This document shows positions 26,088-38,300 of a stretch of DNA of 64,000 nucleotides, piece by piece (position 1 is the stretch's first letter; every line of letters starts with the position of its first letter). Location of the stretch: positions 30,194,001 to 30,258,000 of the forward strand of contig CM060732.1 in NCBI GenBank assembly GCA_030704615.1, in the 5' to 3' direction. Origin of the DNA: Takakia lepidozioides. Its lineage: Eukaryota > Plantae > Bryophyta. The position numbers were made by a program, and so were the translations under genes. The notes beneath the pieces are model-generated. The model was not told where the DNA came from, ran no database searches, and worked only from the letters and a program-made list of their open reading frames with translations.

Positions 26088-26097
26088 GACACGTGGC
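26088..26097. promoter_or_regulatory. G-box / ABRE (gacacgtggc)
   Basis: Exact canonical ABRE motif about 0.7 kb upstream of the DREB2 5' region. Motif match only. Confidence 0.4.
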
Positions 26098-26539
26098 GAT
26101 TACTCAGTTCATGTAGAGATGAAACGAACACCTTGGATGAAGTGAAATGATAACAGGGAAGACATCAATTACTGCATCATATCTGCGCCTCCAACATGAT
26201 CCTGACCGTTGAGAAACATCAGAGCCGTCCTCTCGCATACATTCAGTCTAGTGTCTTTTCTTTTCATCCTTCTTTTCTTTCCAGTCATGAGCCGTGAGCC
26301 CTACACTTCTTCTTTCTTTGACTACTTTTCTTTCAGACCGTTAGATTCTTATTCCCAGGAGATCGCAGCCAATCTCAATAGTTGATTTATAGAGAAAGAA
26401 TGCATCTCCGTTCTTTACGCAGGAGCCCTCGTCCTTCCTGTAACTCACTCCGGAGAAAACATCCCTATGCATAAATAAATAAATAAATAAATAAATCAAA
26501 CCATTCTCCAAATGATTGTATACATACATCTATTCTTTA

Positions 26540-26715
26540 AACATGATTGCTCTGTTGATATTTGGGGGCTTGGCTACTTGATCAACACTTCTCAGGTGCA
26601 GGATTTGTCACCAAAGCTTATCCAGCTTCAGGAATTGTGTTTGAACGACAATCCGAGCTCCAGACCTTCTGCTGAGTATGTTTTGGAAGAACTGAGGTCC
26701 TTGGAAGGAGCTTGA
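26540..26715 (+). pseudogene. Orphan protein kinase C-lobe fragment
   Basis: VDIWGLGYLI ... CLNDNPSSRPSAEYVL corresponds to kinase subdomains IX-XI. No N-lobe was found upstream. Confidence 0.6.
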
Positions 26716-29039
26716 CTAGGAAGTCCTTGATGAGTCTCAAACATTGTTGGGGGCATTTTCGTCGCTGTCCAGCGCAGTGCTTTTTGGATACATGTAAATC
26801 ATCTCAGGAAATTCTATGTGTGGGGAAATTACTGGTGTGGGTCCAAACGTATGTGTGAGTGAGAGAGAGAGAGTATTACGGCCACTTGAAGATCCATAGG
26901 CAAGCAAAGCAGGATACACCTTTGCCTCTATCATAGACTGCAATACTATTGGTTTTAATTATGGTGATTGCAACTGCAAGACAACCACAGGAAAAAAATT
27001 CCCAAGAGGATGGGCTCCTCACTTTGAAAAAAAATCTCACATTCCTGAACAAGGGGTTAAAAGAAATGGGCGCCAATAACAAAAATTTATGTTCTACTCA
27101 GAGAAGTCCACAGGTATCACGTGCAACAAACAGAATTTTACTGATGTGCCACCTTGAATCAAAATTGGCAAAGTTACCTGCAATTGCTTGCAGCCCGCAT
27201 CTCCAATGACTCCACAAAGGTCACCACTGCGTCCATCAAACCAGGACACCACCAAGCGAAGGCAAGCATCTATGCAGCTTGTCCTACCCAAAGCCTCTCT
27301 CTCTCTTCCTGTCCAAGTTCTTTTCTCTCTCTATCTGGTAGCTCTGGTCAGGCTCTTTGATGTGCACAGTGCAAATGGAATCAAGCACAGCTACATGTCA
27401 AATCTGTGTTAACCAAAATAGCTGCATAACCAAATAAGAATACCAATATAATTCCTCCCCGGCAAAACTTGGGTGCAACCATCTACCAACCATCTACCAG
27501 TACATCTATGCAGTTGCGACACGTTCTGAAATTAAGATGAGAGAAAGTAGGTAGTGCATTCACTTCAGACTCCAAAACCTGTACTGATAAAAGATTTGAA
27601 AATTATTGAAATGTGTGGGTATACAGGTCAATAAAGTCATCAGGCACGCCCCACCGGCCATTCAAGCAATCAAAGCAAAACTCCTCAGCCATTGTCAAAC
27701 CCCATCCCGGCAAACTGAACAACTTTGGTGTGGCTAAATCAAATCAAGGAGAGTTCTCCTCCCTGTTACCCCCAATAGGAGAGGGGCTGTCAATCAAGCA
27801 GGAAAAGAAGAGGAACAATTGAGTGATAGGGATATGTGGTCTGCTTCTTGTTGTTGCATTGAGCAAGAAAGTTGGGAGTTTCCTGCCCTTTGTCCAGGTT
27901 ATCCCCAAAAGAAAATCCCAGGAAAAAGGTGACAACGTTGACAACATTTAGAGGAGCAGGCAGTAGTCCATTGAAAGGCCTTACAATCACCTTTCTTCAA
28001 AAAGCTCACATTGTACTCACTTAGGGAATGTTAGAGGAACCTCGGGACTGCTGGCAAGAAGTGTTGATTCTAACCGAATTGCCAACCCCTACTCTCAATC
28101 GAAGGTTGGTGGCTCAATCTGCCTTCTCTCCCCTCCTTTCTCAATGGCCACAAGGCTACGGCAAACAATCTTATGAGTACATTCTCAAGATGCTGGCTGG
28201 GGCCGACGTAATTCCCCCCCTATGAAAACTTTTCAAGTGACGAGTAATTTGCTACTCGCTCACAAGTCTAAACGTGCAGGCATACTGCATCCCAGTTGCA
28301 AAGGCTCCACCTTCTTCTGGAATCATTGAGCCTTGGGCCCCTAAGGAAGAGACAAGAGACCGCAAAGCAGTGGGTAATTCCTGCATTCGAAAAAACGAAA
28401 GAGCAGGAAAGACAAATCCTGATGAGACCCTCACTCTCCGACGAGCGTTCTGCTAAAATTCAGCACATCAATTCCTGTTCCACAACAGTACAACATGTAG
28501 TATATTATCACACTCAGATTTGCAGATTTGATTATCAACTGCACTCCAATACAGGAAAAACCGGAGATTGAATCATTGTATATTCTTTTCTTGTGCCAAG
28601 TGTGTGCAAAAGGTTGGTAGACCATACCCTTGTGTTCCCTCTGTAAGTGTTAAGTGTTAACCCTCTATGTTTGTTTTACAAAGCACGAGATTTCGAGCAG
28701 ACCTTTCATGTCAAGGGACAGTCATGTTCAACAGCATTCAACTGTAAGTGACTCAAATTCAAAACATGGTAGTTCAAGTGGTGCACAAGGAATCATAATT
28801 CAACATCTAAATCTGAGATGGTGTTGTACCTCTGGCCCACATCTATGATTTATTTCGTAATCTCAAACATTCTCAAATCTTAAACAAGCTTCGTTCAACG
28901 CAGATGTTTGAAAACAAGCAAATTGCCTGCTTTGGTAACCAAAGAGGCTGGAAGAGAAAAATTGATAATCTAAGGTATATCAGATTCAAAATACAGAATA
29001 CATAACTGACAAATAAAGCAGAACGATATCCACTTACAC

Positions 29040-29278
29040 TGTCTCTTTGTCTAAAACCTATTAGCAGCCCACCTACATCCAACGAAGGTGGGTGATGATG
29101 CACCTTTATGCGAAAGATCCCCTCGTGCAACATTTGCTCATATGTCTCCAAAGTCTCCACCCTGCACTCCATGCCAAGCATATCCTGTGATCATTGCACT
29201 CCATGACACAACATCTCCTTTAGCTATATTGTTGAACACTTGAAGTGAACGGTTTGTACTGCCACGTTTTGCATACAT
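29040..29278 (-). pseudogene. Remnant of a second PLS-class PPR gene
   Basis: MYAK.G....LQVFNNIAKGDVVSW.AMITGYAWHG motif, heavily frameshifted. Confidence 0.65.
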
Positions 29279-29284
29279 AGTAGT

Positions 29285-31390
29285 TCACCAGTAATCCCCA
29301 CAAGAACAAACCCCATGTTGGAAGTGTGAAATCCCCTTCTGCTCCCCCTCCACATCATGCAACGCAAAGCGGTTGTCAGGCACGTATCCAGCCTCCTTCA
29401 TCGGCTCACACAGTCTCTGCAGTTGAGCATGGATTTCTCCAATTTCTGGGTGAAACTGGTCTTCAACAACAAATGTATGAACCTGGTTGTCCACTTCAAT
29501 CCAGCTGCGTCCTGGCTCCTTTCTGGCGCCTCTGTCCTCCATCACTTTCCTCACTTTCGCTTTGTCATCCCACCTGCCAGCCGCAGCATAGATGTTTGAC
29601 AGCAGCACATAAATTCCCGCATCTTGGGGGTCCCACTTGAGAAAGCACTTTGCTGCCCATTCAGCCAACCCCAAATTCCCATGAATTCTACAAGCAGTAA
29701 GCAAGGCCCCCCAGACTGGAGCACCTGGTTCAATTGGCATTCTGTTGATGAAATCCTCTGCTTCGTCCAATCGCCCTGCACGGCCAAGAAGGTCCACCAT
29801 GCAGCCAAAATGCTCTACTGTAGGAGTCAGACCATGATCTGGAGTCATGGAATCAAAGTAGCATAAATTCCCGCATCTTGGGGGTCCCACTTGAGAAGGC
29901 ATTTTGCTGCCCATTCAGCCAACCCCAAATTGCCATGAATTCTACAAGCACTAAGCAAGGCCCCCCAGACTGGAGCACCTGGTTCAATTGGCATTCTGTT
30001 GATGAAATCCTCTGCTTCGTCCAATGGGAAGGGGTCATGCCTGACAAGGTCACGTTTGTTTCAGTTGTTAATGCGTGTGCCAGCCTAGGAGCACTGGAAA
30101 TGGGCAAAGAGGTCCTGCTGACATCGGGAAGGCTGGAATTATGTGATACATTAGTCTGGAGAATAGCGTTGGTCATAGATATTCAAAGCCTCCCTACCAC
30201 ACCCATGCTGAGCATATCCTGTAATCATCACACTACATGAGACCACATTTCGATAGGCCAAATTGCCAAACACTTGCCGTGCATCTGTCATGCTCCCACA
30301 TTTGGCATACACAGTAGCAAGGGCAGTCTCCAGCATAATATCTGGCACAAGCCCACCTTTGATGATGTCAATATGGATCTCTTTGCTCTTATCCAGGCTC
30401 CCAAGGCTGGCACATGCATTCAGAATGCAAATAAATGTGACCTTGCCAGGTGTCACCCCTTCCCATTGCATCTGCTCATACATCTCGAAAACCTTGCTAC
30501 CAAGCCCCTGCTGAGCATATCCTCCCATCATGGAGTTCCATGAGATCGTATCTCGTTGAGCCATATGGTCAAACACTTGATGTGCATCCTTTATGCTGCC
30601 ACATTTGGAATACATATCCACGAGGGCATTCTCCAAGCTTACACATAAGGGGATTCCAGCTTTGACAAGGTCCACATGCACCTCCTTGCCCTTCTCCAGT
30701 GCTCCTCGCCTGGCACTTGCATTGAGTACGCAAATGATGTGACCCTGTCAGGTGTCACACCTTTCAGTTGCATTTCCTCATAGATCTCAAAAGCCTCTCT
30801 ACTACACCCTTGCTGGGCATACCCTGCAATCATTGCATATCTGGAGCAATTCCAGCTTTGATGATGTCAGCATGGACCTGTTTGCCCTCTTGAAGGGCTC
30901 CTAGGCTGCCACATGCCTTGAGAATGCAAATGAAGGTGACCCTATTGGGCATCACCCCTTCGTGTTGAATTTGCTCATAGATCTTGAAAGCTTCCCTACC
31001 ACAGCCGTGCCTAGCATATCCTGCCACCATTATAGTCCACGTAAATTTATCTCGTTTAGGAATTTTGTCAAACACTTGACGTGCAGCCACCACATTTCCA
31101 CACTTGGCATACATATTGAGAAGGTTGTTGAGTACAAAGATGTTTGCCCTGAATCCACTCCGCTTAATGTGGGCGTGCACCTTCTTTCCCTCAGCCAGGC
31201 TTTGCATGTTGATGCACTCCTTCAGGAGACAGACATAAGTATTCAAGACGTGCAGCGCCTCTTTCAATCGTCCTGCCTTACATAGTGTCCTCACCTCCCG
31301 AAAAGAGGCAGAAAGTTTATTGTTGACTCCCACTTTTTCAAAAGAAGTGGCTGGAGGTGCTACCCCTTCCGCCAGTCTGACGTCCAACAT
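29285..31390 (-). pseudogene. PLS-class PPR-E-DYW RNA-editing factor, disrupted
   Basis: Repeated P/L/S motifs (LLNMYAKCG..ARQVFD, TWTIMVAGYARHG, PNRVTFICILKAC), E1/E2, PG box KEPGRSWIEV and terminal FQHGVCSCGDYW*. It has frameshifts, an internal duplication and inversion, and lacks the deaminase core. Confidence 0.9.
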
Positions 31391-31814
31391 ACAACTCTTC
31401 CCGATTCAACCTTGCCATCCTGCAGGACTAAAAAATCCTGATTACTAGACGGGACACTCAAAATCGCAGAGAAAACAACCGTCACATATATGTAACAACT
31501 TAAATCTGTAGCAGTTTGAGTGAAAACCATCAAAACAAAACAGTACCTGTTGTGTTGTTCACGAGCTCCATGGCATACATCGATACTCGCTCCGGCACCA
31601 GGCCGTGCTTGATATTGTATGCCAGCTCCGTGTGCTGTCACCAAAGGGGGTTTTGACCCTCTCTCAATCCAAAGGCCCTGGCGCATGACGTGAGAGCTTC
31701 CGCTAAGGAGAAGAGATAAGAAATTACCGGGTAACCAACGCTATGGCGATCCCGGTCACACCTTGAAATGAGTCCATTGGGCCCATGATGGAGAGGAACA
31801 GTGAGAAGGAACTC

Positions 31815-31960
31815 ACCCCGCGCTCACGAATGCTGCATTGATGCGTTGAATCCAGAGGCCACGCATGTTCGGTCGCGGTAGGCATATTGCACTGCCTTCT
31901 CCAGACGCTCCTGCCCACACGAATGCAGTTCTTCGACCTGCCCCAATACCCCCACGGGCA
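31815..31960 (-). pseudogene. RPL20: Organellar (mitochondrial-type) ribosomal protein L20 fragment
   Basis: Joining frames gives [43 protein letters not shown]..RERG followed by a gtgagt donor. A second, more decayed MR.GLWIER..HGL piece lies at about 31590-31690. Confidence 0.75.
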
Positions 31961-32242
31961 TACCAGCCTCTGTCGGAGGCCCACGCACAACCCAAATATC
32001 CGCCTCCACGGCTCTCTTATTAGTACTAATCTGATTCGAGAATGGCGACTGTATATGAGAGAGACAGCACTAATGATTAGTTTATGGCATTTCTCTCAAC
32101 GAATAGCTATAGGGAGGAGGCAAACCAGAAATGGCACAAATTGTAAAGTTGGTCGAACCCCCCGTTGGAGTAGACATGTCGATGTTCCTCCCTGTGATGT
32201 GTTGGCCAATTTGTAGAGACTCAATTCGGTGGTCTTGGACAG

Positions 32243-32404
32243 GGCACAGGAAAGAAAGAATGGGAGAAGCAGCTGGAGCAGCTTGAGACTAAGTTTCCTG
32301 ATAAAGCGCGGGGTGTAGTAAAGTTCAATGTTCCATTGGCGCACATGATTATAGCTGGAGCAGATTTTACTTTGGTCCCCAGTCGATTTGAACCATGTGG
32401 CCTC
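32243..32404 (+). pseudogene. GBSS: Isolated exon of granule-bound starch synthase
   Basis: After cag: [54 protein letters not shown], then an abrupt end. No other GBSS exons are in the window. Confidence 0.85.
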
Positions 32405-32969
32405 AGTCCCATACACTCTGTGTTTCCTGTGGGTAACAAAGTTGCGTTCTCGGACGTGATAAAGTACCATTTCATTTCAGTTCTTTCATGTATAACAAAA
32501 CACAACAATTCCAGGAGCTTAGTGTCCCATGAGGCCTTAACATCTCTGGCTTTGCCTGTCTGTCACTCACTTTTTGATTTGCTTAAAGCAGTAATGGATG
32601 CATACCCTGGGGAAGATGATTCTGCCTTTTTGGAAATCCCTCGTCCCTGCCAGACACCTTTAGTCATGAGTACCCAAACAGCTCGGCGTCTGACCAATAT
32701 ATTAGGCAGTCCAACATTTGGGGATTTGATTGTTCTTTCCTTCAGGCTTCCCCTAGAAATTGAGCAACAAAGTCTTGGGAGTATTGCACCTGGTTGTTCT
32801 ATTGGTACTCTACAGTGGCTGACACACCAGTAGGTGCAATGAATTTGACTTTTCCTTGTTGCAAGGTCCTCTCCAGGTGTCCATAGAAGATGGGTATCTG
32901 AACACTTATCGACTCCTATCACATTTCCTCTTTTCAAGCAATGGTGGACCAGGCGAGCTCTATGACAAG

Positions 32970-33470
32970 AAGATGGTTTGCGAATGCTTTGGGGATTTCC
33001 AGAAAGCTTTTGATTCTGTCCCTCGAGCCAACCTTCTGGAGCGACTATACAGGGCATTTTATGCAACGAGTCTATCATTTGCACGCTCAAAGTGGCATGG
33101 GAAATCCTTAAAGAAATGCATAGCAACATTGGAGTGAACAGGGCTGCCCTCTATCACGCACCCCTCTTTGGGCTATACATAGATGCTTTGGAGGGCTACA
33201 ATGTGAAGAATGGTGGACTGGGGGTGCCTCTGGAAGGGGGTCCCACACAATCACTGCTTCTTTGTGTGTTGTCCTATTGCCACAATCTTCCGCCTTACTA
33301 CAAAAACACATGTGCATCTTAGAGAAGTTTACAAATTACTATGGGCAGTAGGTCCACTGCACCAGAAAACCAAGATTATGGCTTTTAATGGTCATGCTGA
33401 TCGGAGATTCCTCAACCAGTAAGGCGTTTATATCGTACATGTATCTGGGAGAGGTTTTCACACACCAAAT
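32970..33470 (+). mobile_element. Degraded non-LTR retrotransposon (LINE) reverse transcriptase fragment
   Basis: CFGDFQKAFDSVPR.NLLERL, SNIGV..GCPLS.PLFGLYIDALE (across a frameshift), KTKIMAF. Confidence 0.75.
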
Positions 33471-35386
33471 TTTAGATTGCAACTACAGGTAGGGACGAAT
33501 TGACCACAGGAAGGGCTGCTTCTAATATATCTTCCAGTACGCAAATGCAAACAAAGCATCTGCGTCGCCCTACACGAAAAGTGCATTTCGACATGTTTGT
33601 CACCCCGCTGCTATCTTTGCATGGGATGAGTGCTGGGCCCTTGGATACCCATTTCCTGGTGGGAGGAAAATCTGGAACCCCTATAGCCATCTTTCCTCTG
33701 AGGAATGCTTGGGTTCAACACTATCTCATTTTTATATGCTGAATTTACTACTTGAACTGGAAGCCATAGTTCAACTCACGATCTTCTTAACAAGGCTGCT
33801 ATCTCTCCCCCATGATTCTGCCAGTCCATGCCCTAACAACCGCTAGGAGACTCAAAGCAGCTGGTTTCAAGACCAGTTGGTATGCTTAGGTCTCCAATTT
33901 CTTTGAGCAACACGAACCGTCCTTTGCATCCCTACTGCACAAAATATGGAAAGACTGGAAATTTCTTCAAATCAACAAAGCTGATGGACCTTCATGCTAG
34001 GCGGCCCTGGAACCGAGAGAATCTTCCTCAAATGAGAAAAGAGAAAAATTGCCCAAAACTTGTCTAGGATCCTATCTCCATCTCTTCTACTGTGGGCAGC
34101 CTGCGCATATATAAGACAGGTAGATGGGACCACTGTGCCTGGCTCGCACTAAATATTTCACTTACATATTCTTGACGGTAGTGTACAGCACGGTTAACAA
34201 AGGGAGCATCGTTGAGATGGGGAAAGATCCTTCTCCATGGACTGGGTTCCTCCCCACCTCTGCAGAGCCATTGTTATAGAAGAGCTTCCTTCCAAAGGAT
34301 TTGTAGGAATCAGGAACGGATCCTGGGTCGGGGCAGACAAACAGTTGGTTAGCGAGACAGTAAGGGTTATACTCGATCCAAGTGCTAATGAAGAGCAACT
34401 AGTCTAAACTAAAATCCGAAAGGGTTGACCGGTATTACCGTTGTGCCCTCCCCTAACCGCTCCATCCCCTTCCTGCTACCCGGAAAACCCCCCTCTTTCT
34501 CTCCCCGTCTCCCCTTCTCTAAAAATCCTTCGCAATCTTAAAATCCTTTGACACCCCATGTCAGGTTCTGCGATGGCGTTTTTCAGGGTTTCTCTTACTG
34601 TGACAGAACGAGCTCTACCATCCAAACCTTTGTCTCTCTCCAACCCCCCCCTATCTCTTCGATCCTCTCCCTCTTAAGAAATTCTTCCACATGGTTGGAA
34701 TCGTTTCAAAACACATGTGAGATTTGAAATGGGTTTGTTCGTCAGGATCTTTCAAGATCCATAGCCGGTTCCATCTAAAGATTCACTTCTCAACGTTGGT
34801 CCCCCACCTCTCTCCCTCCTGCTGGCTCACACACACTTCCTTTCTCCTCTGCCTTTTCTTAGGATGGTTAAGTACCTCCTAGGTCCATGTCTGGTGCTTC
34901 CACAGGGTTTTTCCACCAGATCATAGGTCTCTCGTCTCTGTCCAGGCACTACCTTATTTGGCAAGGGTTAGAATCAGAGGTAAACATACGCTTTGAACGG
35001 ATCTGGCGAGATGATTTCTAATATCTTATGTTGCATTCTTTGATGATCTTCTAGACCTGGGCCCCAGATCAATGTAACCCTAACTAAATCCCCTAACTAC
35101 CTCTCTTTCTCTCACCCTTCGCTGTCATGGGGTCGCTTTGTCTCTGCTACGATTGTGCGTGTTTTGCCCAGCAATACCATCGCTCCCTTGCCGTCTCTCT
35201 GTCTCTCCCAAAACGAGAGCGGCCATGCAATGCTTCCCCTACTCCCGCTAAAGAGTGGCCATTTTATAGAACAGCCCATCATCATGAGGGCCCGCCCGTC
35301 CATGGATACTCCTAGAAAAGAGAGACGAGGTCTCTGGTCAAAATTATGAAGAGGAGCAAGGCATCCAAGTAGAAAACAATGTGATC

Positions 35387-38300
35387 ATGGGACGGAAAGA
35401 TTCAGCCGACACGAGACTGTTGGATTTCACCTCGCTATTGACCCATGATTTCGGAACGGGACAGCGATCAAGCGGCCCCCGCAAGAGCTTGCACTCGAAG
35501 GCCATCTCCGCCGTTAGCAAGGTTGCTGGAACTTTTCGCTCAAGCGAGAGAGCGCGGCGTGTGGATACGGCCAGGTCCGACTTGCCTACACTGAACCTGG
35601 CAAAGGTACGTCGGAACCTTGCAGAGCAAGCAGAGTTGGCAACTGGTGCCTATGATGATGTGGGGCTTCTCCTTGAGGGAAAAGATGAGGCCTCTCTGGA
35701 TTTGGCAGCGGCGCAGGCTTTAGTGTCCGCCAGGTTTGGGCCTGCCCCTGGAAGTAGTAGAAGTGAGAGAGTCAAACCTTCCCCTGCAAGAGAGAGGAGC
35801 CCAAGAGACATCTCGCTTCTTACACATGGGAGCCACGGGTTGAGTGGGGCAGAGACCGGCCCATCCCTCACGGCCACGGCAGCCATCAAAGGCAAAGCTG
35901 ATCTCCAAGGGGAAAATGGGTCAAGGAACTATGGGAGTCGGGATAAATCTTCATTGAAGTACACAGCGAGCGCCCATCAAATTGTTCTTGCAACGCATCT
36001 GCCTTCGTCATCTGGAACCATGCAAAGCTACAGGCGGGCACTCAAGGCACAGACTGATGGACTGAACAAAAGTGGGAGCTTTAGTTGCAGGGGCGATACT
36101 GCCCCAAGCAATTCAGAATCTCTGGATATACGAGGGGCAACAGAAAGGGCAAGCGATGTAGAGGGCGGTGTGGTTGGAGCCGTTAGCAAGCAAGAGGCAT
36201 CGTGTGAACTTCGCAAGCCGCAGACCTCTGAGGGATCAACCAAACCGGACCTGAGTACTTGGGACACTAGGAAAATTTCCCAACAGTTGGGAAACTCTTC
36301 CAAGGACTGGCACACAGGCGGAAAGCATTCGCAGGGAAAGGGGGTCAGCTCGGGGAGTCTCACTGCTCGTGCCTTCACGAGTTCCGAGAGGCTACAGTTG
36401 GAGGAAAAAATTCGACTGAAGCTTAAGACTGCACGGCAATTGCAAGCTGACCTTAGTACTGAGTCCGAGGCACGCCACAGGCAATCTTTCCATATCTCTA
36501 CGTATGCTATATGTGATTTGAGGAGGCTGTGTCCTATGGGCCCTCCGGCCGCCCATGAACGTGCTAAATTCTTCTCATTTGAAGCTTGAGGGATTTGTGG
36601 ATGTTTGCGCAGAGGGGGCGATGAAGGCCATGCTGATAATGCCAGCGGTGATGCAGCCAGAGGACACACGCTAACAGCACCAAAAACCAAGCCCACTAAA
36701 CTCTACCTCGGTGCCTGCCAAACCTCTGTTCCTCTTGGTACCCTTCTCCCTCCCTGTCTATTTGTGTCTCTATGTCTGTTGACATGCAAAGAGAAATTGT
36801 CCTGGAAAATTTGGTCTAGCAGTACAGTCTCTGTCCCTTGTGAGCATTTAATACCTCTATTTGTCCTTCTGGATTCTCGTGGTTTATTTGTTTGTTATGC
36901 GGTCTTGCCCTGGAAGCTCTTTGGGCTGTCCATGACATAACGAAGTGTTTTTCCTTCCATTTTAGGGCTGCTTGTTGAGGGCCCACTTTCTTGTTTATTG
37001 CTTCATTTAGTTGGTCCCGTTAAGCTCTTTGAGCTTTCCGCAGACCTTATAAAGCGTCTTGCTTTCTTTGTTTCTTTCCTCATGCGTCTCATATTTGTCT
37101 ATCTTTCTCCTCCCTGACGTTATAAAGCACCATTTCATTTCCTCCCTGATCCCAAGGTGGCCAACAAAGATTTAGCATGTATTGGGTTTTGTGGAGCTTC
37201 TAGATTGCTCAGCCAACAACCTCATGGAGAAGGCAGCCACTTTCACATTGAAGTCTCAAGGTCGGCAGCTCCAAGCTGGCCAATTACCGGATATGAGGCT
37301 TGCCTCAGTCCCAATTGACAAATCAGCCTTGCAGTGCTACCTCAAGGGGTTGAACACCCTGGGGACACGACTGAAATTCAAACTTATAGCTGGATCTCTC
37401 CCTCTGAACATCATAAGCCACCGACTTGACCAGCCATGCACTCAAGCTTCAGCCTGTCCCATTTGTGGACACCCAATAGAGGACATCGTCCACTTCTTAA
37501 TCAAATGTGTGGGCTACTGGACTGCAAGGGCGGCCTTGCTCAATTGCATTGCGGAGCATGTGCCCCATTGTCTATTTGAGGAGTTTAGTATGCTGAAGTC
37601 AGCAGCCAAGGCCACCGCCCTCATAAACAATGCATTTTGGGGTGCGTATAGTGATGGGGTAGACACGTTTGTGAGAGGTTTCCTGGAGAAAATCTGGAAG
37701 GCCAGAGCCAGGATCAACACTCTTGTCTTTGAAGGTAAGTTCCAGTCTTAACCCAAGGCATAGCGACGTCATATGCAGTATGTAGTGATCCAGATCTCAC
37801 ACCCAACAGAGTGTTGGAGGAACAGCCACAGACCTCAATATTATAAATTTTTAGCCTGGACACACATTTAGAGAGGGAGAGATACATGCTCTTGTACTGA
37901 AAAAAACCACATTTATAACAATTCCCAGACGCAAGGTGAGGGAAAAAGTAGCTAATATGATTAGAGTTTGCAGGATTTGGCGGAAACCCTGTCGAAAGCA
38001 TACAGACCTCACGAACCTCTCATGCTGTGAGTACTCCTTGACCAGAATTCGCTTAATTTCCCAATAGCCCACCCAACCCCTCATTCTCAGTTTGTTCCAG
38101 TTGCTCCCTCGTTGAGGCATACAACTATCAGGACCTTATGTTGAGAGAGTGAAGAATACAACCAGCTTTGTTCATCCTAAACTGGTGGTGATACAAAATG
38201 AGAGAAAAAAGAAATGAAATGGAACTTTATAACATCCACAGACAGCTCAAAGAGCTTATTAAGAGAATAAAAGACAAAGAGTCCCGAAGCAGCCCAAAAG

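Larger units (their letters stand above)
26895..31840. repeat. Local segmental duplication, copy 1 (paralogous to 44109-47660)
   Basis: 26895-28855 matches 44109-46087, 28883-29324 matches 46843-47283, and 31464-31840 matches 47291-47660. The ORF track shows paired near-identical translations. Confidence 0.95.

Noticed and set aside
29285-29560. U-to-C (DYW:KP-type) editing factor
   Set aside because: The PG box is the canonical PGRSWIE type and the catalytic region is deleted.
34100-35060. Further retroelement fragment upstream of DYRK
   Set aside because: Too degraded for a motif I can defend.
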